Source of the DNA: Callorhinchus milii | Taxonomy: Eukaryota | Direction: 5' to 3' | DNA length: 64,000 nucleotides | Assembly: GCF_018977255.1 (NCBI RefSeq) | Contig: NW_024704746.1 | Span: 4,154,001-4,218,000, forward strand | Part shown: positions 12,101 through 25,525 of the stretch, piece by piece | Layout: every line of letters begins with the position of its first letter | Numbering within the stretch: position 1 is the first letter of the stretch | The notes under the pieces: generated by a model | The model's input: the letters and a program-made list of their open reading frames with translations, nothing else | The model's database searches: none | Told to the model about the DNA's origin: nothing | Translations under genes and position numbers: made by a program

Positions 12101-15100
12101 CACTGACACAGAGAGAGAGACACACACACACTCACTGAACAGAGAGAGAGACACACACACTCACACAATCACTGACACAGAGAGAGAGAGAGACACACAC
12201 AACCACTGAAACTCACGGAGAGAGAGACACACACACACTCTCACACAATTACTGACACAGAGCGAGAGAGAGACAGACACACACACACACAGAAACACAC
12301 AAACACAGCGGGGGAGAGAGAAAGAGAGCCACACACAAACACACACACAGGGAGACACACACCCAAACAGACAGTCAGTGACGTGGAGGTGGTCTAGTTT
12401 CTCGTATTGAACACACAGTCACTATACTTCACATTCATTCACTTGAAGACGTTTTTAACTCTTCAAAAACTACGGGAAAAAACTTTCCACAATCCGGGTT
12501 TAAGAATTCTTTAAAATTCTGGACAATCTGAAATTCTGGGAGCGTGAGGACAGGTTGGTTGTTTGTGAGGGGCAGGAATTGCCTGGATGGACAGACAGGA
12601 GGACGTGCAGTGGGGAGCTGGCGAGGGGCACGGTGCCCTTGCAGTGGGGAGCTGGCGAGGGGCACGGTGCCCTTGCAGTGGGGAGCTGGCGAGGGGCACG
12701 GTGCCCTTGCAGTGGGTAGCTGGCGAGGGGCACGGTGCCCTTGCAGTGGGGAGCTGGAGGCTGTCTGGCACAGGTGAGGGGACACTGTGTTTCCAGGGAA
12801 CAGGCGCTGGCGGAGACTGGTTCCATGTCTGGCCGCCACACACTTACTCACTCACTGAGGGCCCCCAACAAGAGGACAATTGAGGAGCCTGGCCAGAAAA
12901 TTCCCCCAAACCAAGAGCCAAGAACGCTGGGAAACGTTAGCCTGGCTCGGGCCCTGAGCCGCAAAACTCTACGAGACTGAATGTTCTCCAGTGCGTCTGG
13001 AGGAGATTCCCTCAGGGATAGGGGAGAATTTTGCTGGCGACCAGCTCCCCTCACAATCTGCCTGACAATCCTCTTATTATTTAGACTCTCTCCACTCCCA
13101 TCGTTCACCTCAACGCTGTATTTTCCCACCCGACTCCCGAGTCTTAAGCGTCCAGCTTCCCGTGTCAGACACCGACACTCAGAATGGGGATATCAGCACA
13201 GACACGATGGGGGGAGAGCAGGGAATGGGATTGGAGTAATAATCCTTTGCATTTGATATAGCGCCTTATTACGTCTTCCAGACGTCTCAAAGCGCTTCAC
13301 AGAATACACTGTAAAATAGATTTTGTATATTTTGTGGGCGAAACACGGCAGCCGATTGCGCACAGCAGTGTCCCACAAACAGTCGTGCACTGAAGTGATC
13401 AATTTATTTCTTTTTGTTTGAAGGAATTATTATTCCTGGAAAAGCAAAAACTGCCAACCGGGTTCCTACTTACTGCTGGGTAAACAGGCGTGTGGAGTAA
13501 GGAAACTTGCCCAACGTTTCACCCTGCCGGGAATCGAACCCAAGTCTCTCATGTGCTCCAACCACTGAGCTACAGGACAGGACTGAGCTCTAACCACTGA
13601 GCTCCAGTTGGGGAGTGAGCACCAGCACAGACATGACGGGGAGTGAGCACGAGCATGGACACCCTTTACTCTGTTACTGAATGAGGTGGAACAGTGAGGG
13701 CAGAGTCACAGCAGCAAGAAACAACCAGTGAAAGTGTCCCGGGTAGGTGCGGAGTGGCGGGAGGGGGTATTGGCTACCCTGTGACTGCGCCCCCCCCCCC
13801 CAGCCCCTCCCCGCCACCCACCCACCAAGCACACAACACACGCCTCTGTGCCGGAGTGGCTCCCACACGTGTAATAATGGCTGTGGTCTCTGAGACGTCT
13901 CTCACCAGACACTCAGTGCAGTTTTATTCAAAAACACCTCATTAGTGTAGAAGAGGGTTTCTCTTTCTCTCTGACAGTCTTTCCTCCCCGAGAGCCCGGA
14001 GGGCACAGCAACTCAGATCAGTTCCTATAACTGATCATCCAAACCTCCACACAATACTCCAACCCTGGCCTGAGGGTCTCCATAACGTCACCGCCATCGA
14101 TCCGTGCCTCACTGACCCATGTAGCCTCACACTGACGTTCCTCTGCTCCTCCACTTCCCAGTTCCTTTCCCCATCGCCATCCTAACAAAATATCTGCTAT
14201 TTTTTTTTGGTGGGGGGAGGAGGGGGTGTTCATTTAGCTGCGTTTGCCACCCATCCACCCAGCCTACCAGTCTCTGTGTCCTCCTGCAGTCGTCACACTC
14301 TTCTGCACAATTTACCACACCCCGTTTTGAGCGTTGTAGACAGTAACTCATTACCACTGTAAGGTACAGAGCCCTGGGACCACCACACACAGCAACTCCC
14401 TGCTCCTAGCGCTCTGCCCTCTCTCTATCCGTACCGCTCAAGTCCCCCTTATCCAACCTGCTGGATACATCCTCAAAAAATTCTAAAAGGTTAGTCAAGC
14501 ATGACTTCCCTTTTGTAAAGCCATGTTGACTCCGCCTAATCTTTTTATGGTCTTCCAGGTATCCCATAACTACGTCTTTTATTAAGGACTCAAGAATTTT
14601 CCCTACAACAGACATCAAACTAACTGGTCTATAGTTTTCCCTATTTTCTCTCCCACCCTTCTTAAATAGTGGAGTTATGTTTGCAATCTTCCAATCAATG
14701 GGAACTTTTCCAGTATCCACAGACTTTTGGAAGATTATAGACATGCCATCCACTATCTCAGTAGCCACCTCCTTTAAAACTCTCGGATGCAGGCCATCCG
14801 GTCCACGGGATTTATCGGTTTTAAGACCCTTAACTCTTCCAATCAGGCATCTCAGTCTCAGTGACCAACACAAAGTCCACAGTGGGAGGACATCTCAAAA
14901 GCGCTGTGAGTAGATTAAACACATTTAATCTAGATCGGGTAAGAGCGGGGGAGTGGGACTATTTGACTATTTGAATAGCTCTTTCAGAGAGCTGGCACAG
15001 GCACGATGAGCCGAATGGCCTCCTCCTGTGATGTAAGCTTTATGATTCTAAGTTCAACCACAGTAACAACAACAACTTATATTTATCCGTCGCCTGTTAC

Positions 15101-18100
15101 ACAGGGCAACTTTTCAAAGCCCTGCACAGGGAGAGCAGCGGGCAGCAAGGAAAGGAGGGAGAGAGGGCGGACGGGTTCAGAGGGTGGAGTGCTGTGTGTT
15201 GTGTGCTGTGTGTTGCGTGCTATGTGTTGTGTGCTGTGTGTTGCGTGCTGTGTGCTGTGCGTTGTGTGCTGTGCTCTGTGTTGTGTGCTGTGTGCTGTGC
15301 TGCGTGCCAGGCTGATGGAGGTGGGAAACGCTCTGATGGGGGGAGGGGGGGCAGCTGCCCTGGTCACTCACCATACACTTGTTGGGCTTCTCACCCGAGT
15401 GCACTCTCATGTGGATGAGCAGTTTGTATCGAGCATTGAAGGGTCGGCAGTGTCGCACACAGCTGGCCCACAAGCAGGTGAAGTCCTCGCCGAGCGCTGG
15501 TCAATGTGGACCTTCTCGATGTGCCTGACAAGCTCCTCCTGGTGCCCATATGTGGCACTGCAGTCCAGCCAGCGGCAGCTCTGCCCGCCGTGGGCGCAGG
15601 GGGCTTTGCCTGTGTCGTCCGGCTGTCGGTGGGTGTTGGGGGAGTGAGCCGGGTTGGCGTGGCTCTGGCAGGGGTACGACAGAGGTGAAGCGAGCCGGCA
15701 CGAGTGCAGGCTGCCATCCGGGGAGTACCCATCCGTCTGCTCGTTCTTTAGGGGGTTGATCCTCACCGGCCCGTGTCTTGACACCAGGCCCGGGCACCGC
15801 TGGTCACTGACACGGGCTCGCTGCCCCTCACCGCGCTCTGGCTCAGCCCCGCACGGCACAAAGTGCGGTACCGATGGTGCCAGGACGGGTACGGTGCCCA
15901 GCGTGAAGCAGGACGGCAGCCCACAAGTCTTCCCGTCGTCGGATGCGAGACGCAGCCCATTGGAGCCAGTGAACGGGGAGACCGGAGCCGATGCCGCCAC
16001 GTCAATCCCCAGCACCGACACCCCCGGGTAGGCGCGAGGCCATTCCGTCTTGATCGGCACAGACGGCAAATTCTTGAGCTCACTCCGAGCCGACGAGTCC
16101 AGAGACACGAAAGATCTAAACACAAGACACACCAACCAGTGAGACGTCTGCGGCACAGAGACCAGCACACGGTGTGGTAAAGCAAGGAGGGTGGATGTAC
16201 AGTATAGAGGGAGCTTTACTGTGTCTCTAACCCGTGCTGCCATTGATCTGGGAGTGTCAGAGGGGGTGGGGCCCAGTCGGGTAGTTTGTGAGTGTGTATG
16301 GGTGGTGGGTATGGCGGTGTGGGCAGGGTGATGGGGACCAGACGGGGAGAGGTTAGTGGGTTATCGGCAGGTGATGGGGGGGGTGGACAGGCGGAGTAGA
16401 ATGACCGACGGTCCCGACCTGGAGTTGGAGAGTGATCTAGCCAGTGAGCTTTCAGTGAGGCCATTCCCAGCATGGCTTCCTGATTGGACGATGGCCTCCA
16501 ATTGGTGCAGTGCTATTGACTGGCTTTCCAAGACATGGCTCTTGTTGGGTGCCAGGTAGCTCGGACTGTAGACATGGTTCCCTGCAGCGTGATAGAGGGA
16601 GAGTCAGAGAATATAGAGACCACACACGCCTCTCCCAACCTCCCAGCAACCTTTTATTCCCTTGTGTGTCAGCCTGCGGTTCAACAACAACAACAACAAG
16701 ATTCCATTTATAAAGCGCCTTTCACGTCAGGAGGACGTCCCAAGGCGCTGCACAGTTGGGTCATGACCCGAGCAGGGGGAAATGGTCAGGGTGAGGGGAG
16801 GGAAGGGAGGGAGCGAGGAGGGGGAAATGGTCAGGGTGAGGGGAGGGAAGGGAGGGAGCGAGGAGGGGGAAGAGAGTCGAGAGGGGAGCTGAAGGCTCGG
16901 TCAAAGAGAAAGGTTTTGAGACCGGCCTTGAAGGAGGAAAGGGAGGAAGCGGCGAAGGCACTGGGGGATGGAGTTCCAGAGCCTGGGGCTGAGAGGCTGA
17001 AGGCCCGACCACCGATGGTAGGGCGGTTGGGGCGGGGGACGTGGAGCAGACCGGAGCCAGAGGAACGGAGGGTACGGGCAGGTAGGTAGGGGGATAGTAG
17101 GTTGGAGAGGTAGGAGGGAGCAAGGCCGTGAATGGCCTTGTAGGTGAGGATGAGGATCTTGAAATCAATCCTCTGGGGGATGGGGAGCCAGTGGAGGCGA
17201 GCGAGGGTGGGAGTGATGTGGTCGCCGAAGCCTGGTGCGGGACAGTACACGAGCTGCAGAGTTCTGAATGACCTGCAGCTTGTGGAGGGAGGTGGCGGGA
17301 AGGCCGGCGAGGAGAGAGTTCCCATAGTCCAGCCTTGAGGTGACAAAGGCGTGAACCAGGGTTTCAGCAGCGTGAGGGGTGAGGTAGTGCCGTAATCTGG
17401 CGATATTCCGGAGGTGATGGAAGGCGGTGCCAGTTGTGGTGCGGATGTGAGGGAGAAAGGACAGCTCAGGGTCGAACAAAACGCCGAGGTTCCTGACTGG
17501 CTTTGAGAGGTGGAGAGTGCAGCCTTGGATGCTGATGGTGTCAGCGCCTGAGGTGCGGAGGCGCTGACGTGAGCCAATCAGGAGGGCCTCGGTTTTTCGC
17601 ACGTTGAGCTGAAGAAAGTTGTCTCTCGTCCAGGACTCGATGTCGGACAGGCAGCTGTCAGGACATCGGTGGTCGTGGAGTTGAGAGTAGAGGAGGAAAG
17701 GTAGAGTTGGGTGTCATCCGCATACATGTGGAAGTTAACTCCATGTCTGCGGATGATGTCACCGAGGGGGAGCATATAGAGGGTGAAGAGGAGGGGACCG
17801 AGGACAGAGCCCTGAGGGACACCACATGAGACAGTACGGGGGGTGGAGGAGAAGCCATTCGTCGAGACAAAGTGAAGACGGTGAGAAAGGTACGACCTAA
17901 ACCATTCAAGGACAGTGCCTTGAAGGTTGAGGTGGGAGGACAAGCGGTGGAGTAGGATAGCGTGGTCGACCGTATCGAATGCTGCCGATAGGTCGAGGAG
18001 GACGAGGAGGCAGAGGGAGCCCTGGTCACAGATGGTCAGGATATCATTGGTGACCTTGACCAGGGCAGTTTCTGTGCTATGGGCAGCACGGAAACCTGAC

Positions 18101-18855
18101 TGAAGGGGTTCGAAAAGTGAATGGGTGGAAAGGAAAGAGCGCAGTTCAGTCACTCGCACTCCGTCTCTGAGTCGGAAGGTTGCGGCTTCAAGCCCCCACG
18201 TTGGGACTTTGAGCTCACGGTCCAGGCTGACACTCTCGCGCAGTGCTTGTCAGATGAGACGTTAAACCGAGCTTCCATTTGTGCCTGTTCAGACATTAAA
18301 GATCCAGCAGCACCGTTGGGAAAGAGAAGGGAGTTTTTCTCTCTCGCTCCCAGTGATCTGACCGATAATCCCCCAGATAAAATCACTCGACTCACTTCAC
18401 AGCGAGAGGTTGCTGTGTGCGTAAGTGGCCTCAGTATTTACCTCCAAAATACACAGTCTCTACACCAGACGTTCTTCATTACAACTTTCCTCCTCTAAGT
18501 CTGAATGGAGAAACTGTTTCCTCTGGTGGGGGAATTCAGAACAAGGAGGCATCATCTTAAAAATAGAGCTAGGCTATTTAGGAGTGAAATCAGGAAGCGT
18601 TTTTTCACCCAAAGGGTAGTGGGAATCTGGAACTTTCTCCCCCAAAAGGCTGGGGATTATGGCTGGATCCATTCACATTGTCAAGACTGCGGTGGATTCA
18701 TATTTGTTAGGTCAGGGTATCAAGAGATATGGGGCAAGGGCGGATGTTGGAGTTGAGGTACAGATCAGCCATTATAGAATGGCAGAACCGGCTTGAGGGG
18801 CTGAATGGCCTCCTCCTGTTCCTCTGTGTCTCATTCTCTCTCTATTAATATCACG

Positions 18856-18893
<38 letters not shown>

Positions 18894-21800
18894 GTCTTTC
18901 TCAGTCTCTCTCTCGCTCTCTCTCTCTCTGCCCATTGCTCTCAGTGCAGAACCCGAGACAGGAGCGTGAGTCTGACACAAGCTGCTGATGGAAACAGGAC
19001 TATTAATAAATTCGAGCAGGAGAGACGATGAGATCGCCCCCAAAACATGCAGAGTCGACGAGCGAGGGAGCGAGAGAGTGAGCGTCTGGCTGGGAGGTGC
19101 CGGCCGGCCGGCGGCTGGGTCTGGCGAGGGATATGAAGGAGAGATGTTGTCACATGGCGCCACGGCCCGGCTGTGCTAACAGAGGAGCGAGTGTGAGTGG
19201 ACGGCTGCACCGCGTAGCACCGAGCTGCCCGAGGGATCTGGCAGCGACTACAGCCATTCCATCATCACCTCGCTCGGCTGCCCTCAGCCCCGCCAGCCAC
19301 GAGAGCCCGTGTCTGAAGCTGCCCTGGGGGCCGGCTCGGGAGCCAGAGTTCCACTCGCTTACCTGAGAGTTAAAGGGCCCGAGAGACCTGACCTCACACA
19401 CAAAACACTCAGCGTGCTGATCCTTCAATACACAGAGAGGCAGCCAGCTCTCAGCAACTCCCATCAACCCATTACACACTGAGCCTCTGTCAGCACCCAG
19501 CAACCACCCACCCCGTGTGAGAGTCACTCAGGACTCTGAACACAAGCTCAGCGCTCCACACACCGACACGGGCACAACTCCCCCCCACCCACCCCATCAC
19601 CATCCCACCCACAGCCCCCCCCCTCGTTTCAAAGACCATAAGATTCGCTGGTAAATCTCACACAGTGACTGTGTATTTTGGAGGTGGACGTGACAGCCAA
19701 TTTGCTCCAGGCAACGTCCCACAAACAGCCATGAAGTTGTTAATGACCAATTTCTCTGGGGATTGTCAACCAGGACACCAGGCGGCAGAGAGAAACTCCC
19801 TTCTCTTTCCCAAAGGTGCTGCGAAGATCTTTAACATCCACCTGAACAAACACAGATAGAGTTTGGTTCAATGTCTCATCCAAAGGATGGTGTCTCCAAC
19901 AATGCAGCACTTCCCCAGCACTGCGCTGGAGTGTAGGCCTGGACTGTCAGCTCAGAGACCTAACAACAACTTGCATTTATATAGCACTCTTCACATGGGG
20001 CAGTGTCTCGGAGCACTTAACAAGAGACTTGAATCAACAACCTAGTGATTCAGAGGCAAGAGTGAGATGGACTGAGGCAGGTTGACACCTATACAGGTGG
20101 ACCTACTAGGTGGATGGCAGGTACCAGGAACTCCCTACAACTTCCTTGTGGGTAACACAGCTCACATTAAACCTATCATCTTCCTGTGCACAGCTTGGAC
20201 ACACGTCCATTCGCATTGAGCAATGGTTCCACCAGTTGGAGGTGTGGAGTTTAAACAGCAGCTGATTGCCTCTCTGCGGCCAATTGAGGTGGATTCCAGG
20301 ATATCGCGTCTTCGAGATGTCCCAAAGAGCTTCACAGAATATACTGTAAAGTGAATTGACTGTAGTTTGTGGGTGAAAATTGTGAGGAACTGGAGTGACC
20401 TAGCCAGGCGACCATCTCCCACCCCTCGCTCCCAGACCCCAACCCTCGGCTCGAGCTCCTAGCCCCCACCCCCGGCCAGCCCGAGCTCCCCTCCCCCACT
20501 CGCACTGTCACGGGGAAGTAACAAAGAGACCATTGGCAAAAGCCAGTGTTAGCGGCGGGCTGACAGATATCTGTGAGAAACACGATTAAAGACAGATGGT
20601 TGGACATTCCTTAGAAATGATAGCGGCCAAACTCCTAACCACAAGACATGAGCAGTCCCCAGACAGGGCCACAGGAGAGAGCTGGGCCTTCCAGCTCCTC
20701 GTGTGAGCAACAATCTGGCAGTGATTACACAGAGACGCTCTACTGTCTAACTCGCTACTCGAGGAGCGACAATCTCATCAACAACAACAACAGCGAAATG
20801 CTCCCAATGCGATGTTGTAGCCTCCAATTCTCACAGACAAAAGTCTCAAAGACAATTACACTCCCACTTTAAACAGGGAGAGGGAGACACACACACGCGC
20901 ACATATAGTATATACAGTGAAAGTTGGTTAAACCGGACACATCACGGCCGGATATTTTGTCCGGCTTAAGCCCTATCCAAGATAAAACAGTGTCCAGTTG
21001 AAGTGGCTTCCACTGACACATACACTGTCTGTAAATGTGATACAGAGACAGAGTGAACAAGACAGTGTATATATACACACATTCTCGTTCACTGTCTGTC
21101 TCTGTATCATATATATGTGTGTGTGCCTCTCTTTGTGACAGGTTATGTGTGGTCAGTCGGGAAACCCATCAACACGCTGAAAACCAAACTTAGATTTCCA
21201 TGCATCCCACCCACACGTGGAAATCCCAGAGGTGTTTACTGGAATAGAATGTGTGCGCTCTCTCTCTCCCAGGAGAGATGCATCCTGCTTACATAATTCT
21301 GGAGAGCAATAGGCGCACGCTGGCAAGAGCCAAGGCTTGGGGGTAGCCCAGGGTGTGCTTAGGGTTAATTGCTGGGGTCTAAACAGCTAAAACTGCATAA
21401 CTTGGCATTGATATTGCTGTCTGTAATGACCACATCAACATCAACAATATCAACATCAACAACATCATCAAGAACCTCAACAACAAAGTCAACAACATCA
21501 TCAACAACAACGTGTGTTTATGTAGCGCCTATCACATGCCTGGGAGCCCCGGGTGTGACTGGGCCATTACCAGGCAGGGGATCAGCTTCAAGAAATTCCC
21601 TCAGCTCATGCTCACCCGGCATTTACTACCGTCCCAATCAGCGCAGCCAGAGAGAGAGAGTGACGAGAACTTCAGACAGATACCGGAGTGACGGTCCCTA
21701 CTGGTGACACCGTCACAGCTCTGCACCTCTCCTCCGCACTTCATTCCTCACTTTCTCCATCCCAGAATCAGTGGCCGAGCATCCAGCCACTGCAACCTCT

Positions 21801-24800
21801 GCAGCAAAACACACAGTCACTACACTTTACAGTAAATCCTGTGAACGCTTTGAGGCACTCTCCAAAGAGGTAAGGCACCGTATCCAATGCAAGGATTGGA
21901 AGCAAAATCTTCTCCACTTGACCTTTGACAATCAGCCCTAAGAGAGAGAGAAAGAGCTGCGTCGCAAGCACCCACCGCCACCCACCCCCACCCGACACGC
22001 AGAGAGAGAGAGAAAGCTCCGTCATCAGTGCCCCCCACAGAGAGAGCTCTGTCACAGGTGCTCCCCCACCCCCCCCACACAGAGAGAGAGAGAGAGAGCT
22101 CAACCATCAGCGCCAGCCCTCACCTCCCACTCCCCCATCACACACGCACAGAGCTGTAAGAGCCATTATGAGCCATTCTGTGCTGTAATATGGGGGGGGG
22201 AGCGGTGCAGTGTAACAACACAGCCTCAACAATACCACACAGTGGGGGGAACGGGGGGAGGTGGTGTCAGGACATTGTACGGGAATCCACAGCCTGTCCC
22301 ATCTGTGTGTGTATATATCGCTCTCCCACTCTCTCTCAATCTCGTTCCCTCTTGCTCTTCCCATCTCTCTCTCACTGCTTCTCTCATTTACCCCCTTCTC
22401 TCTTTCTCTGTCTCTCTCCCCACACTCTCTCTCTCTCTCTCTCCCCCTCACTTTATTTCACTCCTCTATTCTCTCACACTCCCTCTCTCTCTCTCACACA
22501 CACTCTCTCTCTGCTAACCGTGGGAAGATGAAGGTTGGAATCAGCCCCAGTGACTCAGAGGAGAGACTCTCGGCCTGAACCATATCCAGCCGATCAGTCC
22601 CTAGTGTCCATGTTCACCAGCAGCTTCTCACACAGACTCACACAGACGTAGGCACGGCGCTACAATTGGCATCGCCAACTTTCTCCAGTTAAACATCGAC
22701 AAGACCGAGGCCCTCCTGCTTGGCTCCTGTCAGCGCCTCATCAGGCGCTAACAGCATCACTATTCATGGCTGCTCTCTCTACCTCAATGAGCCAGTGTGG
22801 AACCTTGGCTTGGTGTCTTGTTTGATGCTCAACTATCCTTTGAACACCCACCCACATCCGTGCCTTGACCCGTTCTGCCTTCTCTCATCTCTGCAACGCT
22901 GACCACCTCCACCACTACCTCTCCCCTCAGGCTGCCGAGACCCTCATTAATGCCTTCAAGCTTGACGTCCAGGCTTGACTATGCAAACTCCCCGCTTGCT
23001 GGACTTCCCTCCACAAGCTGCAGATTATTCAGTACTATGCAGCTTGTGTTCTTTTTCGTACCAAGCTCTGGGAGCCTGTCACCCCCATTCCTCAGCTTTA
23101 TAGTCCCAAAGGATCAAGTTCAAGACCCTCGTCCTCACTTTTAAAGCCTCTACAGCCTTGCTCCTCCCTACCTCTGACCTATTGACATCATACCAACCTG
23201 CCTGCTCCATGTTCTCACCGTCTTCTCCACCGTCGGCAGCTGGGACTTCAACCTTCCCAGCCCGGAAATCCGTCCCGGAGTCCCTCCACCTCACCCTCTC
23301 CCTTGCCTCTTTCATGGCCCATCTCAAGACCTTCCTCTTTGATCCATTTTGCCCACAAAATATACAATCAATTCACTTTACAACATATTCCGCGAAGCGC
23401 TTTGAGATGTCTCAAAGATGTGATAACGTTCTTTATCGAATGCAAAGATTATTATTATCATGCCTTCGGCCCCTCCTGACCTCCGAGTCCTCCATCCCGC
23501 TTGATTCCAACCCCCAACTTGGGTGCAAACCCCTCACAGTCCAAGGCCTTGGGACGTCCATGATGTGAAAGGCGCTCAGTAAATGTAATGTGTTGTTGTT
23601 GTTGGATGGGATCGGCCTGCCCTGGGCTGCGGTGCTGGGTGGGCAGTAAATCACAGTGGTTGTGACAGGTTGTGAGCAGTGCTGAGCTGTGCCAACCTGG
23701 CTTAGAGCTTGTCTAATGCACTGAATGACTCAACCATCAAGCCTCCTGATTTATATGCAACGGCCCCGTGTGTTATTGTTGGCAAAATCTAACCTGCTTC
23801 ATCGAACAGGAATCTGCTCGTGGCTCTGAACATGCAAGTTCCGAGCTCCATTAATTGGAGGCTGCTCTGCTTATTTATTGTTCTACAAAATAAGCCCTCC
23901 GTTGTATGAGGCCTCGGAATTACAGGCATCACGCCGTGGCCCATCACGTCTGTGCCGATGCTCGCCCTCTCCCCCCCCACCTCCCCACTCGAGCGCCACA
24001 ACACCTCGTTCTTACACAGCACCTGTGACACAGGATAGACGTCTCACAGCGCTTCACAATGACTCACACTGATACAGTGTTTGTTACACCGCAAAGACAT
24101 CTCACAGTCCCTCTCAGACACCCCCTCTCACACACACACGTCAGAACCATTCACACTCACATCACAACCTTCTCTTCACTCCATCCCAAGATTCAAAACA
24201 AATGCTGATGGGATTCGCCACTGGCCCAGCCCCGAGTAAGTGTGCTGAGGGAGAGAGGGCAAGACTGAGAGTGAGAGTGGGAGTAGCTATCTCTAATCCG
24301 TGCTATCACTGACCTGGGAGTGTGGACGGACAATGCAGAGGGAGCTTTACTCTGTCTCTAACCCTGACTTGGGAGTGTGGAAGGACAGTGTAGAGGGAGC
24401 CTCGTGCGAGATGCCCACTTGGTCCAACACTCAAGGAGCTCTGACACATGTGCAGACAGGCTGTGGAGTGGCTCAGTGCCGAGGGAGAGAGAAAGGAAGT
24501 GGGCTGAGCACATGCTTTGCTGATTGAAGTCTCATTTCTGAGACAAAGGGTTTAAGGGAACCATCCCTGGTCTCAATTACTTTGGACTAATTGACATCTT
24601 TGCAAGAACCGCAACATCACTAAAGATAGAGATGAGAAAGAGCATCCATTCATCCCAGATTGTTACAGAAAGTGAAGGGAAAGGGATCGTCCAATCAAAC
24701 CAGCGGGTTGGTGTGTGCGTGGGAGGGAGGCCGCCATTCGCAACAGAGCTGCTGCTGTTCGGGTGGGACATGCATCTGATGGTTGGATATTATTTGGATG

Positions 24801-25525
24801 GAAAGCTCGTCAAACCAACCTGGTAATTGACTCTTGTTTATACCACCCCCACCTTCCCCAAGGGGCTTCACTGTGTGTGTTACAGGCCGGGAGCTCTGCC
24901 TGGTTTCACAAGCAACAGAGCACGGAACCCACCTCCCCCTCGGCATGCCCATTGCCTGGCACACACACAGCCTGGCACCCCATGCACACAGAACCCGGCA
25001 CACAAATCCCAGCAGACACACCGCCTGGCACGCACACCGCCCAGCGCACATTACCTGGCGAGGTTTGAGGAAGCAGGGGATTGTGTCCACGGACTGGTTG
25101 TTACTCAACAAGTTGCCCCACACGCAGGGTAGAGTCCCAGAGCGCTACTCCGCCTCTGGCCCCACCTGTTACTCCGCCCCCGCCCCCTGGTCAGTCAGTG
25201 TTGGTCTGGGTCTCTTACCTTTGTTGTGTTGGTTGCCATGGAAACCCACTTTGGGAATCTTCAGCGGAAAAATGCTGTGGTGAGCGGCAAACCCATCCTT
25301 CGGACTGAGACACGGTAACCGGCTGAGACCGGGGGGTGCCGAGCCAATGCCGCACTTCCTGTCCGGGGGAGGGGGTCGCGAAGCTGGAGCCAGGCTTTTA
25401 CTGGCGGTGGTACCTGGTGAGTAGTTGGCAGGAGCCGATGAGGGGTGTGGACCGATGAGCCTGCAGGTGTGAGCAGCCACACTCAGCCCCCCAGCGAGAT
25501 AGTCCAGGCCCCCCGCACTCTCCAT
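6110..25525 (-). CDS. GLIS1: GLIS family zinc finger 1, 10 coding exons, with two apparent -1 frameshifts
   Basis: Exons (minus): 25525-25219 (MESAGG..HNK, least certain), 16581-16419, 16115-15372, 10457-10296, 9990-9880, 9625-9514, 8990-8888, 8038-7929, 6531-6376, 6245-6110. Five C2H2 fingers (CRWLDC..HIEKVH; [23 protein letters not shown]; [27 protein letters not shown]; [23 protein letters not shown]; [29 protein letters not shown]), GYQGSFHS motif and C-terminus [21 protein letters not shown] and synteny favour GLIS1 over GLIS3. Splice phases are consistent once 1-nt deletions near 15491 and within 6245-6195 are allowed. Confidence 0.92.
6675..7356 (+). mobile_element. Probable solo LTR in a GLIS1 intron
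   Basis: AT-rich ~680-bp block bounded by tgtag...ctaca, TATA-like motif near 7040, AATAAA at 7335; interrupts an L2-like tail. No clean TSD. Confidence 0.45.
8370..8665 (+). mobile_element. CR1-type LINE 3' fragment
   Basis: ttgttcacccctggagaagagaaggctgaggggcaatatgattgcagtctttaagatt (degenerate [15 protein letters not shown]), then gagtggtaaagttatggaata. Confidence 0.7.
10682..10989 (-). mobile_element. tRNA-derived SINE, short young form
   Basis: Reverse complement of the copies at 47289 and 54496; (tat)n tail. Confidence 0.85.
12606..12760. repeat. 34-bp minisatellite, about 4.5 copies
   Basis: gcagtggggagctggcgaggggcacggtgccctt repeated. Confidence 0.95.
13238..13577 (-). mobile_element. 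tRNA-derived SINE, long form
   Basis: Same head, core and tail as the copy at 771, on the reverse strand. Confidence 0.85.
14440..14845 (-). mobile_element. CR1 LINE ORF2 internal fragment (start of reverse transcriptase region)
   Basis: [64 protein letters not shown]. Confidence 0.92.
16683..18150 (-). mobile_element. 5'-truncated L2-clade LINE (RT domain to 3' tail), frameshifted
   Basis: [75 protein letters not shown]; ends in (gtt)n; tandem duplication in the 3' UTR near 16775-16870. Confidence 0.95.
18500..18825 (+). mobile_element. CR1 LINE 3' end
   Basis: [35 protein letters not shown] followed by the 3' UTR motif ggctgaatggcctcctcctgttcct. Confidence 0.85.
20915..21015. mobile_element. 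Possible Tc1/mariner-pogo-type MITE
   Basis: Imperfect 26-bp terminal inverted repeats cagtgaaagttggttaaaccggacac / gtgtccagttgaagtggcttccactg; TA on the left flank only. Confidence 0.45.

Noticed and set aside
19363-19500. Strong minus-strand donor (CAG|gtaagc) near a CpG-rich patch, as an extra GLIS1 coding exon
   Set aside because: The phase needed for exon 16581 has a stop just upstream; at most a non-coding alternative exon, which I cannot support.
23700-24820. AT-rich unique intronic blocks with homeobox-like motifs as conserved enhancers
   Set aside because: Cannot be supported without cross-species alignment.
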